NCBI GenBank assembly: GCA_039630545.1 | Contig: JBCNUU010000012.1 | Location: 1-32,823 of the forward strand | Source of the DNA: Endomicrobiia bacterium | Lineage (GTDB): Bacteria > Elusimicrobiota > Endomicrobiia > DTEH01 | DNA length: 32,823 nucleotides | Reading direction: 5' to 3' | Part shown: in pieces, positions 1 through 10,431 of the stretch | Position numbering within the stretch: the stretch's first letter is position 1 | Layout of the letters: every line of letters starts with the position of its first letter | Translations under genes and position numbers: made by a program | The notes under the pieces: model-generated | The model's database searches: none | Told to the model about the DNA's origin: nothing | The model's input: only the letters and a program-made list of their open reading frames with translations

Positions 1-75
1 TATACATATGCAATACCTTCTCAACTTACAGATACACAGGGCAGCCACTATATAGGATTAGTATTTAGATTTTAA
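1..75 (+). CDS. Partial CDS (3' end), probable outer-membrane beta-barrel protein C-terminus
   Basis: Frame 1 is open from base 1 and reads YTYAIPSQLTDTQGSHYIGLVFRF*, stop TAA at 73-75. Amphipathic last strand ending in Phe resembles a beta-signal. Only 24 codons visible. Confidence 0.5.
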   Translation, partial: YTYAIPSQLTDTQGSHYIGLVFRF

Positions 76-194
76 ATCCTGTTTTGATTATTTATTTGGG
101 AGGAAATTTATTTATTTTGGTTACTTTCCTATTTTTCTGTTTGTTGATATATAAAGCTTCATAAAAAAAGCTCTTGTATTATCTAATAGAATGC

Positions 195-223
195 TTGACA
201 TAGAAATTTTTATTTAGTAATTT
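195..223 (+). promoter_or_regulatory. Sigma70-type promoter for the rpsR-rplI-dnaB cluster
   Basis: TTGACA (195-200), 17-nt spacer, TAATTT (218-223); AAGGAG RBS precedes the rpsR ATG. Confidence 0.6.
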
Positions 224-267
224 AAAATTCAATTGCTTTTTAATATTTTAAGGAAAGGAGTTAAAAA

Positions 268-507
268 ATGTCTTTACCACAAAAAAGAGTTGTAAAAACT
301 AAAGTTGCAAAATGTCATTTTTGTGCTACAAAGACAGAACCAGACTACAAAAACGTCTCAATTCTTAAAAGTTTTATCTCTGAAAAATTTAAAATTTTAC
401 CTCGAAGGACTACAAAGCTCTGCGCAAAGCATCAAAGAAGAGTTGCTAAAGAAATAAAGTATGCTAGAATTTTATCTTTATTACCTTTTGTACCGAAATA
501 TAAGTAA
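268..507 (+). CDS. rpsR: 30S ribosomal protein S18 (Zn-binding C+ form)
   Basis: CHFC...[40 protein letters not shown]18 signature. Confidence 0.97.
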   Translation: MSLPQKRVVKTKVAKCHFCATKTEPDYKNVSILKSFISEKFKILPRRTTKLCAKHQRRVAKEIKYARILSLLPFVPKYK

Positions 508-535
508 GTTTTTATGATGAAGGAGTATTTTATTT

Positions 536-1009
536 ATGAAAGTGATACTTTTACAAGATATAAAAAATTTAGGTAATTTTGGTGATATAAAAGAAGTTTC
601 AGATGGGTATGCTCGTAATTTCCTTTTACCTAAGAAAATGGTGTTAATATATAATGAAAAAAATTTAAAATACATAGAGAATCTCAAAAAAAATTTAGAA
701 TCTAAAAGACAAAGGGAAATAGATTTCATAAATGAAATTAAAGACAAACTTGAAAAAAATTCTATCACTATTACTGTAAATGTTGGAAAAGATAATAAAG
801 TTTATGGTGCAGTTACAAAAAATGATATAGCAGAAGCAATAGAACAGAGTTTGGGTATAAAAATTGACAAACATAAAATAAAAATTTCTTCTCCTATAAA
901 AGAAATAGGAATTTTTTATGTAGATGTCTATCTTTCGTCAGACAAATTTTCAGATATAACTACAACTGCCCGACTAAAAATATGGGTTGTTGGTAGAGAA
1001 AATAAATGA
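536..1009 (+). CDS. rplI: 50S ribosomal protein L9
   Basis: MKVILLQDI..LG..GDI.EV.DGYARNFLLP N-terminus; YGAVT..DI and PIKEIG in the C-domain. Confidence 0.97.
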   Translation: MKVILLQDIKNLGNFGDIKEVSDGYARNFLLPKKMVLIYNEKNLKYIENLKKNLESKRQREIDFINEIKDKLEKNSITITVNVGKDNKVYGAVTKNDIAEAIEQSLGIKIDKHKIKISSPIKEIGIFYVDVYLSSDKFSDITTTARLKIWVVGRENK

Positions 1010-1031
1010 ACTCTTATTCGGAGAATCAACA

Positions 1032-2414
1032 ATGGCATTAGAAAAGCTTCCTGAAAGGCTACCTCCTTATTCTCCAGAAGCTGAAATAGCAGTATTAGGT
1101 GCTATGTTAATAGATAAAGATACTATTCCCAGAGTTTTAGAGGTTTTAGAAAAATCGGATTTTTATAGTGATGCTAATGCTATAATATTTGAGACAATAA
1201 AAGAAATGCATCTAAACAACATTGTGGTGGATTTTGTAACTTTGACTGAACAGCTAAAAAAGAAAAAATTATTAGAACAAATAGGAGGAGCAGGTTTTAT
1301 TACTACTTTGGTAGATATGGTTTCAAGCTCTGCAAATGTTGAATATTATATGAATTTAGTAAAAGAAAAATCTCTTTTAAGAAAACTTATAAAAGTTTCA
1401 ACATCTGTTATAGAAGAAAGTTATTCAAACAACAAATCTGCAAAAGAAATACTTAATTTTGCTTCTGAGCAAATTTTTAAAATATCTAAAGAACAATACA
1501 ATACTGGATACTTTGTTTCAATTGATAATCTAATGAGTGAAGCAATGGGAAAGATAGAAAAAATGATGAAAAAACCTTTAGAGGTAGGAGTAATACCTAC
1601 TGGATTTAAAAAACTTGACGAATTTTTGGCAGGAGGTCTTCAAAAATCGAATTTTATTATTATAGCAGGAAGGCCAGGAATGGGTAAGACTTCTTTTGCT
1701 ATGAATATAGTAGCAAATGTAGCCATAAGACAGAAAATTCCTGTTGGAGTGCTTTCTTTAGAAATGACTTCATTAGAACTTGTTTTGCGTTTACTTTGTT
1801 CAGAAGCAAAAAAAGATTCTACTTTAATAAGGAAAGGAAAAATGAGCAAAGAAGACTGGGTGAGGTTAACTACCCATGCAGGAATAATTTCTAACTCTCC
1901 TATATATATAGATGACAGCCCTGACCTTAATATATTAGAGTTAAGAACAAGAACAAGAAGGCTTGCTTATGATTTGCAACTTAAAAATGAAAAGTTAGGG
2001 CTTATAGTAGTAGACTATATTCAAAGAATGCATGGTTTAAATCCAAGAGATACAAGACAACAAGAAATTGCAGATATATCTAACGCATTAAAAAGTTTGG
2101 CTAAAGAACTTGATATTCCTGTGATAGGGATATCTCAGCTTTCACGAAAACCTGAAGAAAAAGATAGAGACAAAAGGCCAAGACTTTCTGATTTAAGAGA
2201 ATCAGGTGCACTTGAACAGGACGCAGATGTGGTGATGTTTTTATATACGCCTGAAAGAAAAAAAGGTTCCATTGAAACAACAGATTTAGAAACTAGACTT
2301 TATATAGCAAAAAATAGAAATGGACCTGTTGGTGAGATACCTTTAATGTTTATAAGAGAATACACTTCCTTTAGTGAAATTTCGTTTGTTGAGCAGGAAG
2401 AAGTTGAGATTTAA
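1032..2414 (+). CDS. dnaB: Replicative DNA helicase DnaB
   Basis: PPYSPEAE.AVLG, Walker A GRPGMGKT, SLEM, DYIQ, SQLSR, DLRESGALEQDAD, KNRNGP. Start moved to ATG 1032 (GGAGA RBS at 1020-1024). No intein. Confidence 0.97.
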   Translation: MALEKLPERLPPYSPEAEIAVLGAMLIDKDTIPRVLEVLEKSDFYSDANAIIFETIKEMHLNNIVVDFVTLTEQLKKKKLLEQIGGAGFITTLVDMVSSSANVEYYMNLVKEKSLLRKLIKVSTSVIEESYSNNKSAKEILNFASEQIFKISKEQYNTGYFVSIDNLMSEAMGKIEKMMKKPLEVGVIPTGFKKLDEFLAGGLQKSNFIIIAGRPGMGKTSFAMNIVANVAIRQKIPVGVLSLEMTSLELVLRLLCSEAKKDSTLIRKGKMSKEDWVRLTTHAGIISNSPIYIDDSPDLNILELRTRTRRLAYDLQLKNEKLGLIVVDYIQRMHGLNPRDTRQQEIADISNALKSLAKELDIPVIGISQLSRKPEEKDRDKRPRLSDLRESGALEQDADVVMFLYTPERKKGSIETTDLETRLYIAKNRNGPVGEIPLMFIREYTSFSEISFVEQEEVEI

Positions 2415-2415
2415 C

Positions 2416-3582
2416 ATGAATACAATCCCTTCAATTAATGTTTCTCCTTTTTATAGTCGCCCCACATGGATAGAAATATCACGAAAGTCACTTATTCATA
2501 ATGTAAAATCTTTATATAAATTTATTAATCAAAATTCCGATAATAATGTCAAAATTTGTGCAATTGTAAAAAGTAACGCATATGGGCATGGGTTAAAAGA
2601 AGTTGCTTCTGTGATAGGAGATTTAAAAGAAGTTGAAATTTTAGGAGTTACTTCAATAGAAGAAGCTATACTTCTTAGAGAATTAAAAATTAAAAAACCA
2701 GTATTGCTGTTAGGTAGTGTATATCCTTTTGAAAATTTCAAATATCTTCTAGAATACAAAATTATGCCAACCGTTTCAAGTATAGATCTATTAAATAGAT
2801 TAGGAAAATTTGCTAAAAAAAACGAAAAATTGATAAAGTTTTATTTAAAAGTTGATACTGGAATGGGTAGATTAGGTATTTTACCAAGAAGTGTTGAAGA
2901 GTTTATTAAAGAGTATAAAAATAATAAGAATTTAATATGTGAAGGAATTTATACACATCTTTCTTCAGCTTTTGAGGATAAACAATACACTGAATATCAA
3001 CTCAAATTGTTCAAGCAAGTAATACAGGTATTTAAAAATTCAAAAATAAATTTAAAATTTACTCATGTGGCTAATTCTGCTGGCATTTTACTTTATAAAG
3101 AAGCACTTTTTAATATGGTAAGACCTGGATTGTTAATATATGGGCTTTTGCCATTTAAAGGAGCTTCTGATATTATAAAAGTTTCAAGAGTTTTATCTTT
3201 AAAAAGTAAGATTGTTTTTCTTAAAGTTTTACCCAAGGGTAGTTATATAAGTTATTCAAAAACTTATTGTACAAAAAAAAGAACTAAAGTGGCAATTGTC
3301 CCTTTAGGATATGCGGATGGTTTTTTAAGGGTTCTCTCAAATAAAGCAAAAGTGCTTGTAGATGGAAAATTTTGTAATGTATTAGGTAGAGTTACAATGG
3401 ATATGATAATGATAGATGTTACGCATATAAAAAATGTTAAAGTAGGTTCCGAGGTAGTAATTATTGGTAAACAAAATGGCAACACAATCTCAGCAGAAGA
3501 TATTGCAAAACAAGCTGATACTATTAATTACGAGATAGTTACAAGACTCTCAGACAGAATTCCGAGATTTTTGATAGATTAG
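2416..3582 (+). CDS. alr: Alanine racemase
   Basis: AIVKSNAYGHG (PLP lysine), KVDTGMGRLG, VRPG, GYADG, GRVTMD, TINYE. Start taken as ATG 2416, just after the dnaB stop. Confidence 0.96.
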   Translation: MNTIPSINVSPFYSRPTWIEISRKSLIHNVKSLYKFINQNSDNNVKICAIVKSNAYGHGLKEVASVIGDLKEVEILGVTSIEEAILLRELKIKKPVLLLGSVYPFENFKYLLEYKIMPTVSSIDLLNRLGKFAKKNEKLIKFYLKVDTGMGRLGILPRSVEEFIKEYKNNKNLICEGIYTHLSSAFEDKQYTEYQLKLFKQVIQVFKNSKINLKFTHVANSAGILLYKEALFNMVRPGLLIYGLLPFKGASDIIKVSRVLSLKSKIVFLKVLPKGSYISYSKTYCTKKRTKVAIVPLGYADGFLRVLSNKAKVLVDGKFCNVLGRVTMDMIMIDVTHIKNVKVGSEVVIIGKQNGNTISAEDIAKQADTINYEIVTRLSDRIPRFLID

Positions 3583-3583
3583 T

Positions 3584-4339
3584 ATGAAAAAATTTACAAT
3601 TGAATTTGGAAGATACATTTTATTTTGTTACGAAAGCTTTATAAACCTTTTTAGTATATATTCAGAAAGAGAAATGTTTTTCCGACAAATTTTCTATATA
3701 GGGGTTGGTTCTTTTACCGTAAGTATTTTAACCAGTTTTGCTGTTGGTATGGTTTTATGTTTACAGGCAGGTATTGCTTCTATTTCAGTTTTAAATGAAC
3801 CGGCATATGTAGGAACTGTGGTTTCATTTTCGTTAATAAAAGAATTAGGACCCATGCTTACAGCTGTGGTATTGGTTGGAAGGGTTGCTGCTGCTATAAC
3901 TGCGGAATTAGGGAGTATGCGTGTTACAGAACAGATTGATGCTATGTATACCTTAGGTACAGATCCTATAAAATATTTAATAGTTCCAAGAATCGCGGCT
4001 TTTACAATAGTAGTTCCTATTTTAACTATATTCAGTAATATAGTTGGAGTAATAGGTGGAGGTATAATAAGCATTATTAAGTTTGATATTCCGTGGAATA
4101 TTTACTATAGAGATGCGCTTGATTATTTATATTTAGATGATTTTTTTCATGGATTGATAAAATCCATAATATTTGGTATATTGATTTCTACTATTTCGTG
4201 TTATAAAGGATTTTATACAGAAGGCGGTGCAGAAGGAGTAGGTAGAGCGACTACAAGTTGTGTAGTTGTTTCTATTGTAAGTTTACTTATTAGTGATTAT
4301 TTTTTGTCTTCTTTATTGATTGCGTTAGGAATAGGATAA
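3584..4339 (+). CDS. mlaE: MlaE-family ABC permease (MCE lipid transport)
   Basis: KELGPMLTAVVLVGRV...TAELGSMRVTEQIDA...G.DP..YL..PR and GGAEGVGRATT motifs. Confidence 0.93.
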   Translation: MKKFTIEFGRYILFCYESFINLFSIYSEREMFFRQIFYIGVGSFTVSILTSFAVGMVLCLQAGIASISVLNEPAYVGTVVSFSLIKELGPMLTAVVLVGRVAAAITAELGSMRVTEQIDAMYTLGTDPIKYLIVPRIAAFTIVVPILTIFSNIVGVIGGGIISIIKFDIPWNIYYRDALDYLYLDDFFHGLIKSIIFGILISTISCYKGFYTEGGAEGVGRATTSCVVVSIVSLLISDYFLSSLLIALGIG

Positions 4340-4341
4340 CT

Positions 4342-5073
4342 ATGATTAAAATTGTTAATCTGTACAAATCTTTCAATGATAAAGTTGTTTTAGATGGTAT
4401 AAATCTGGAAGTTTATGATGGGGAGACCCTTACTATAATAGGTGGAAGTGGTCAAGGTAAAACTGTTTTGCTTAAAACCATTATAGGATTACTTAAACCT
4501 GATAAAGGTGATGTAATAATTGATGGCATAAATATTGCAAAAGCTGATAAAAATACCTTGCATGCAGTTCAAAAAAAATTTGGATACTTGTTTCAGAACT
4601 CAGCTTTGTTTGATTCTATAAATGTTTTTGAAAATGTAGCATTTGGTTTAAGACATTCTAATCTTTCAAAAGAAGAAATACAAAAAAGAGTTAAATTATA
4701 TTTAAGTTATGTAAATTTGTACAACATAGAACACATGTATCCCTCCGAACTTTCTGGTGGTATGCGTAAACGTGTAGCGTTAGCACGAGCAATAGCTTAT
4801 AATCCAAGTTATATTTTATATGATGAACCCACTACAGGGCTTGATCCCCAAACAGCAGAAACTGTTACTGATTTAATAATTTCTCTCCAACAAAAGCTTA
4901 AAGTTACATCGATTGTCGTTACACATGACATTAAAGCAGCAATAAAAGTTTCTCAAAGAATTGCTTTACTTAGTAACGGTAAAATAGTTGCTATAGAAGA
5001 AAGCAAAAATTTGCTTAATTCTAGTAATGTTTTAGTTCGTGAGTTTATTTCTGCAGCAATGATTAATTTTTGA
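4342..5073 (+). CDS. mlaF: MlaF-family ABC ATPase
   Basis: Walker A GGSGQGKT, FQNSALFDS, LSGGMRKRVALARA, YDEPTTGLDP, VTHD. Confidence 0.93.
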   Translation: MIKIVNLYKSFNDKVVLDGINLEVYDGETLTIIGGSGQGKTVLLKTIIGLLKPDKGDVIIDGINIAKADKNTLHAVQKKFGYLFQNSALFDSINVFENVAFGLRHSNLSKEEIQKRVKLYLSYVNLYNIEHMYPSELSGGMRKRVALARAIAYNPSYILYDEPTTGLDPQTAETVTDLIISLQQKLKVTSIVVTHDIKAAIKVSQRIALLSNGKIVAIEESKNLLNSSNVLVREFISAAMINF

Positions 5074-5081
5074 ATTTATTT

Positions 5082-6401
5082 ATGAAAAAAGAGTTTGTAG
5101 TTGGGATGTTTTTATTTGTAGGTTTGGTGGCTTTTGCTATTTCAATATTTTTAATAAAAGATATAAAATTAAAAAGTGGATATAACCTTAATTTATATTT
5201 TGACGATATAGGTAACCTTATGGAACGTGCATGGGTTCGTATGCGGGGTGTAAAAATTGGAAGAGTTGAAAAGATACTTATTGAAGAAGATAAAGCTAAG
5301 GTTATAGTATGGATAGATTCAAGAGTAAAATTATATAAAGGCACAAAGGCGAAAATTTCTTCTACTGGTGTGCTTGGTGTGAAATACATAGAGATGCTTC
5401 AAGGAGATCCTACAAAAGGAGAATTAAAACATGAAGACAAGATATACGATACAGAAAAAGCAGTTTCTATTGATGATGCCATTTCCGAAGGGATAGATAG
5501 TTTAAAAAATTTTGCTGATTTTCTTTCAGAAGTCTCAAAAGAAAAATCCTTATCTAAAAAAATAGAAGATATTCTAACACAGATAGATGAGATATCAAAA
5601 AAAATAAATACTTCTATAAATCCTGAGGTTGTCAAAAAAACCATAGACAACATAAATGTTGCCGGACAAAATATCTCCGAGTTTTTTTCAGAAGAGACTA
5701 AAAAAGAGATTAATTCTGCTGTATTAACTTTAAAAGAAATGTCAAAAAAATTAGAAGAAATTACAGAAAACATAAGATCCACCGAAACCATAGCAGGGCA
5801 GTTACTTTCTGACAAAGAGTCGGCTAAAAAATTTGCAGAGACGCTTTCTTCTGTTAAGTCTGTTTCAGAAAAAGCAGAAAAAACGTTAAATAGAATAAAT
5901 CTTTTTAGAACCTATTGGGATTTTTCTTTTAGATACGATATAGATACTGAAATGTCAAAAAACGATGTAGGATTAGAAATTTATCCAAAACCTACAAAGT
6001 TTTATTATGTCTCAGTTAATAATATCTCGACACAACAGGATGAAATTTCTTCTTACGAAAAGTCTAATACTTTCTCTTTAGGATTAGGTGGAAACTTTTA
6101 TAATGTAGTTTCAATATATGGTGGACTTATAAAGTCATATGCAGGAGTTGGCATTAAACTTTTTCCATTTGGATATAAATCAAAACTTTTAGCATTTACA
6201 GCAGAAGCCTATAATTTTTCAAAAACGCGCCCGTCTCCACAGATAGATTTAGATGTGAAATTAAAATTAACAAAGTGGTTATACTTAGGTGCAAGATATG
6301 AAGATGTATCTTTTAGGGAAGCCTTAAATGCTTCTTTAAATATAATTTTTGAAGACGAAGATATTGCCTACCTTTTAGGATTGATAGGTTTGAGTCAATA
6401 A
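5082..6401 (+). CDS. mlaD: Long MlaD/MCE protein: TM anchor, MCE domain, helical region, beta-strand-rich C-terminus
   Basis: N-terminal TM helix, V.MRGVKIGRV and ISSTGVLGVKYIE MCE motifs, long heptad-like helical stretch, amphipathic beta-strand tail. Start ATG 5082. Confidence 0.88.
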   Translation: MKKEFVVGMFLFVGLVAFAISIFLIKDIKLKSGYNLNLYFDDIGNLMERAWVRMRGVKIGRVEKILIEEDKAKVIVWIDSRVKLYKGTKAKISSTGVLGVKYIEMLQGDPTKGELKHEDKIYDTEKAVSIDDAISEGIDSLKNFADFLSEVSKEKSLSKKIEDILTQIDEISKKINTSINPEVVKKTIDNINVAGQNISEFFSEETKKEINSAVLTLKEMSKKLEEITENIRSTETIAGQLLSDKESAKKFAETLSSVKSVSEKAEKTLNRINLFRTYWDFSFRYDIDTEMSKNDVGLEIYPKPTKFYYVSVNNISTQQDEISSYEKSNTFSLGLGGNFYNVVSIYGGLIKSYAGVGIKLFPFGYKSKLLAFTAEAYNFSKTRPSPQIDLDVKLKLTKWLYLGARYEDVSFREALNASLNIIFEDEDIAYLLGLIGLSQ

Positions 6402-6431
6402 ATATTTTGAGCAGGAAGGATTTAATAACCT

Positions 6432-7859
6432 ATGAAAAATTTGATAGGATTTTTTGTTATTTTAGTTTTATTAATAAGTTGTGCTACACAATTTACTTAC
6501 TATACATCTCTTAAAAATTTTATTTCCTCTGAAGAATATGCAAAAGCAGAAGCATTAGTTGAAGAAAATAAACTAAAAGAATATGGTGAAAAAAGTGCAT
6601 TACTTTATTGGCTGGATAAAGCTATTATTCTACATTATGGAAGAAAATATGAGGATTCTATTGTTGCTTTCAATAAAGCAGAAAAGTTAGCTGAAGAACT
6701 TTACACAAAAAGTATATCCGAAGAAGCAGCATCATTTCTTATTTCTGATAATGTAAAATCTTACTATGGTGAAGATTTTGAAAGAATCTTTATAAATGTA
6801 TTTCAGGCACTAAATTATTTATTTCTTTATAAATATGAAGATGCTTTAGTAGAAGCAAGGAAAGTGGACCACAAACTTAAAACACTACAGGTAGACTATG
6901 GAGGCAAAAATGTTTACAAAGAAGATGCTTTCATGAGATATCTAACTGGCCTTCTTTATGAAAGCCAGGGTGAGATTAACGATGCTTATGTATCTTACTC
7001 TAAGTCATTAAAAGAGTACGAAACCAACAATAAAATTTATGATTTTGAAACACCCCAAGATTTAATATTTAGGACTTTAAGAATAACCAAAAAATTAGGC
7101 TTCAAACAGGAATTCGAAGAAATAGTTAAAAAATATAACTTAAAACTAGATTATAAAAACTACCCAGAAGATAAATCCTTAGGAGAACTAGTACTTTTTC
7201 ATTATAATGGTTTTGCTCCTTATAAGATAGATCACTATATAGAGGTAACTTTTGGTGAAGGTTGGATGTATGTAAGCAGTATAAAAGTAGAAGGAGACGC
7301 TCAAAGAGAAGTTCAGAAAGCAAGACAAATTGCAAGAGGGATTGCAGCAGAAGAACAGTTTTTGGTAGCATTTCCTAAGTTCGTGCCAACTGAAAATAAG
7401 ATTAGGTACGCTGTTGTAGATATTCTAAACGAAAATAAGGAAAAAGTTATATCTCAAAAAACTTTTCTTGTTGAAGATATAGAAAAAATTGCTATAAAAA
7501 ACTTAGAAGATAGAATTGCCAAAATCAAAACAAAAGCCATAGCTCGTGCTGCAATAAAATATGCTCTCTCAAGAGCTGTAACACAAAAATTAACTCAAAA
7601 TTCTGATGAGTTGTCTAAATGGTTGGTCAAAAAAGCACTTCAAACAGCATCTACAGCTACAGAGCAGGCAGATAAAAGATCCTGGAGGACTCTTCCTAAA
7701 CATATAATGTTAGCAACTGTAAATTTAAAGCCTGGGAGATATTTTTTAGAGATAAAATTTTTTGATGAAAAAAATAATTTTCTAATAACAAAAACTATAA
7801 ATGATGTTATAATTTCTCCCTCTAAAAAAACATTTATAAGTGTAAGAACTTCTTTATGA
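6432..7859 (+). CDS. TPR-containing lipoprotein, COG3014-like
   Basis: Lipobox LISC (Cys17); helical TPR-like N-half; Y.GEDFE, EDALVEARK and ADKRSWRTLP motifs recalled as typical of COG3014. Confidence 0.75.
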   Translation: MKNLIGFFVILVLLISCATQFTYYTSLKNFISSEEYAKAEALVEENKLKEYGEKSALLYWLDKAIILHYGRKYEDSIVAFNKAEKLAEELYTKSISEEAASFLISDNVKSYYGEDFERIFINVFQALNYLFLYKYEDALVEARKVDHKLKTLQVDYGGKNVYKEDAFMRYLTGLLYESQGEINDAYVSYSKSLKEYETNNKIYDFETPQDLIFRTLRITKKLGFKQEFEEIVKKYNLKLDYKNYPEDKSLGELVLFHYNGFAPYKIDHYIEVTFGEGWMYVSSIKVEGDAQREVQKARQIARGIAAEEQFLVAFPKFVPTENKIRYAVVDILNENKEKVISQKTFLVEDIEKIAIKNLEDRIAKIKTKAIARAAIKYALSRAVTQKLTQNSDELSKWLVKKALQTASTATEQADKRSWRTLPKHIMLATVNLKPGRYFLEIKFFDEKNNFLITKTINDVIISPSKKTFISVRTSL

Positions 7860-9256
7860 AATATTTTATTATAGTTTTTTTTTGTTTTTTAATTTTTAAT
7901 TGTGCTACTACTAAAGTTCCTATATGGGTAAAAGAATTTGGGACACGAAGTTTCTCTAAAGATGGTATAGAAGGTATAGGTTTTGCAAAATTTAACAAAA
8001 AAGACAAATCAAGCCTAATTCAAGCAAGAGAAGCAGCTTACAGCGAGGCTATAAAAAACTTATCTATCAAACTAAAAACAGAAATAAAAGGGACTATTCA
8101 ACGAAATCTGCAAGACAAGATTATTCAGGTGAACAAAAAATATAAAACAGAATCTTCAGATCAAATTGAAATGCTAACCGATGTGACATTTGCAACTATA
8201 TTAGGCAGAAAGTATTGTGAGGAATATATAGATTATAAACACTCACTTTATTGGGTATATGTATGGACAACAAAATCAGATATGCAAAAAGCAATTATAG
8301 AAGAACTTAAAAAACAGGAAGAAAAAAATATTCAAGTAATGCGAATTTCTTTGTCACAATTAAAAGTAGTAGATGACTATTTAGTTTCAGGAAAAGTATT
8401 GGCTGCTGTTAACCTACTTAATCAAGTTTTTTCGCAACTTAAAGAGTTAAAAGGTATCACTTTTTTAGAAAAAACTGACAACATTTCTTTAGCTGCCGAT
8501 GTAGAATTTAAATTAAATAAAATTTTTTCATCTTTAGAAATTATTCCGTTGACTCTTACAAATATAGAAGTTTATAAAGATCAACCTTTAAATTTAGAAG
8601 TTATAGTAAGAACTATTTTAAAGTATGACAATCGAGAGATTCCTGTAAATTTTTTCCCATTAAGTATGAGGTTCTTAAAAGGCTCAGGCGAAATAGAAAC
8701 TGCAAAACATACAGACCCAGATGGTATTGCAAGGTTTAGAATTTACAAATTTACTTCTAAAGAAAATATATTAGAAATTTCTCCAAACTTAGATGAAATA
8801 GAAAAACAAAAAGTTGATCCCGAAAAATTTTCTCAAATAAAAATTAACTACACAATTTTAGCAAAAAGTATAAAGGAAACAAAAAAAATTTTAGTTAAGA
8901 TAAAAAAATCAGAAGAGTCTATAAAAGAATTTTTGAAAAATGAAATAATATCTTATTTAAAGAGTGCTGAGTTTAATATCTCAGATAATAACTATGACTA
9001 TATATTGGAGATTTCTTGTGAACTGGACTATATGGGAGACAAAATAACTTTGCCAGATGGGACACAAAAGCCATTTGCTGAGATATATTCTGGAGACATA
9101 TCTTTTGAAATTAAAAATTTAAATAACGATATTATTCTTGGCTATTCATTTAGCAGTATAAAAGGTTTTGGAAAGACCAAAAAAGAAGCACAGCAGAATG
9201 CTTCTAAAAAATTAGCAGAACTTTTAGCGAATTATGTTATAGAAAATTTTAAATGA
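7856..9256 (+). CDS. LPP20-domain lipoprotein with probable Ig-like middle domain
   Basis: Signal peptide ending IFNC (Cys16), then PIWV...GIG...[15 protein letters not shown]...I (LPP20-like); TDPDGIARF Ig-like motif. ATGA overlap with the upstream gene. Confidence 0.65.
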   Translation: MKYFIIVFFCFLIFNCATTKVPIWVKEFGTRSFSKDGIEGIGFAKFNKKDKSSLIQAREAAYSEAIKNLSIKLKTEIKGTIQRNLQDKIIQVNKKYKTESSDQIEMLTDVTFATILGRKYCEEYIDYKHSLYWVYVWTTKSDMQKAIIEELKKQEEKNIQVMRISLSQLKVVDDYLVSGKVLAAVNLLNQVFSQLKELKGITFLEKTDNISLAADVEFKLNKIFSSLEIIPLTLTNIEVYKDQPLNLEVIVRTILKYDNREIPVNFFPLSMRFLKGSGEIETAKHTDPDGIARFRIYKFTSKENILEISPNLDEIEKQKVDPEKFSQIKINYTILAKSIKETKKILVKIKKSEESIKEFLKNEIISYLKSAEFNISDNNYDYILEISCELDYMGDKITLPDGTQKPFAEIYSGDISFEIKNLNNDIILGYSFSSIKGFGKTKKEAQQNASKKLAELLANYVIENFK

Positions 9257-10431
9257 AAAACTTAAATAGTAAAAAATGGTATTTTGGAGAATTTGGCGGA
9301 AGGTTTATCCCTGAAACGCTATATATATGTTTAGATGAATTAGAAAATAAGTATTATAAATATTATAGAGAGAAAAATTTTTTGAAAACTCTAAATAATT
9401 ATCTAACTACATATGCAGGTAGGCCAACTCCCTTATATTTTGCCAAAAATTTATCTTATTATTGTGGATTTAAAATATATCTTAAAAGAGAAGATCTATG
9501 CCATACAGGAGCTCATAAAATTAATAATGCGATAGGACAGATTTTATTAGCAAAAATTATAGGTAAAAAAAGAATAATTGCAGAAACAGGTGCTGGTCAA
9601 CATGGAGTTGCTACAGCAACAGTGTCTGCTTTGTTTGGTCTAAAGTGTGAAATATATATGGGTGAAGAAGACATTCAAAGACAATCTCTTAATGTATATC
9701 GCATGAAGTTGTTAGGAGCTAATGTCATTTCAGTAAATTCAGGTTCTAAAACATTGAAAGATGCAATAAATGAATGTTTAAGAGACTGGGTAACGAATTT
9801 AAAAGATACTTTCTATGTAATAGGTTCTGTTGTTGGGCCTCACCCTTATCCTTTGATTGTAAGAAACTTTCAATCAGTAATAGGTAGAGAAACAAGAAAT
9901 CAGATTTTAAAATTAGAAAAAAAACTTCCTGATTATTTAATTGCTTGTGTAGGTGGTGGATCTAATGCTATAGGATTGTTTTGCGCATTTTTTAAAGATA
10001 AAAATGTAAAAATGATAGGAGTAGAAGCAGCAGGTAAAGGTATAAATACTAACTGTCATGCAGCTACTTTAGCAAAAGGTAAGATCGGTATTATTCATGG
10101 AATGAGAACATATGTTTTGACTGATAAGAATGGTCAAATACAACCGACTTATTCTGTGTCTGCTGGTTTGGATTATCCTGCTGTGGGTCCTGAGCATAGT
10201 TATTATAAATCAATTAATCGTGCTAAATATGTTTATGCAGATGATGAAACTGCGATATTTGGTTTTGAGATTTTATCTAAGCTTGAAGGTATAATCCCTG
10301 CGTTAGAACCGGCACATGCTATTGGATGGTTAGTTAAAAACAAAAAATTATTTAAGCCCACAGACTTAGTAGTAGTTTGCCTTTCAGGTAGAGGTGATAA
10401 AGATGTCAATATAGTTAAAAGTTTAAAATAA
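9253..10431 (+). CDS. trpB: Tryptophan synthase beta chain (TrpB1 type)
   Basis: [26 protein letters not shown] (PLP lysine), [30 protein letters not shown]. Confidence 0.97.
   Translation: MKNLNSKKWYFGEFGGRFIPETLYICLDELENKYYKYYREKNFLKTLNNYLTTYAGRPTPLYFAKNLSYYCGFKIYLKREDLCHTGAHKINNAIGQILLAKIIGKKRIIAETGAGQHGVATATVSALFGLKCEIYMGEEDIQRQSLNVYRMKLLGANVISVNSGSKTLKDAINECLRDWVTNLKDTFYVIGSVVGPHPYPLIVRNFQSVIGRETRNQILKLEKKLPDYLIACVGGGSNAIGLFCAFFKDKNVKMIGVEAAGKGINTNCHAATLAKGKIGIIHGMRTYVLTDKNGQIQPTYSVSAGLDYPAVGPEHSYYKSINRAKYVYADDETAIFGFEILSKLEGIIPALEPAHAIGWLVKNKKLFKPTDLVVVCLSGRGDKDVNIVKSLK

Noticed and set aside
1032..2414. Intein in DnaB
   Set aside because: Normal length and contiguous helicase motifs.
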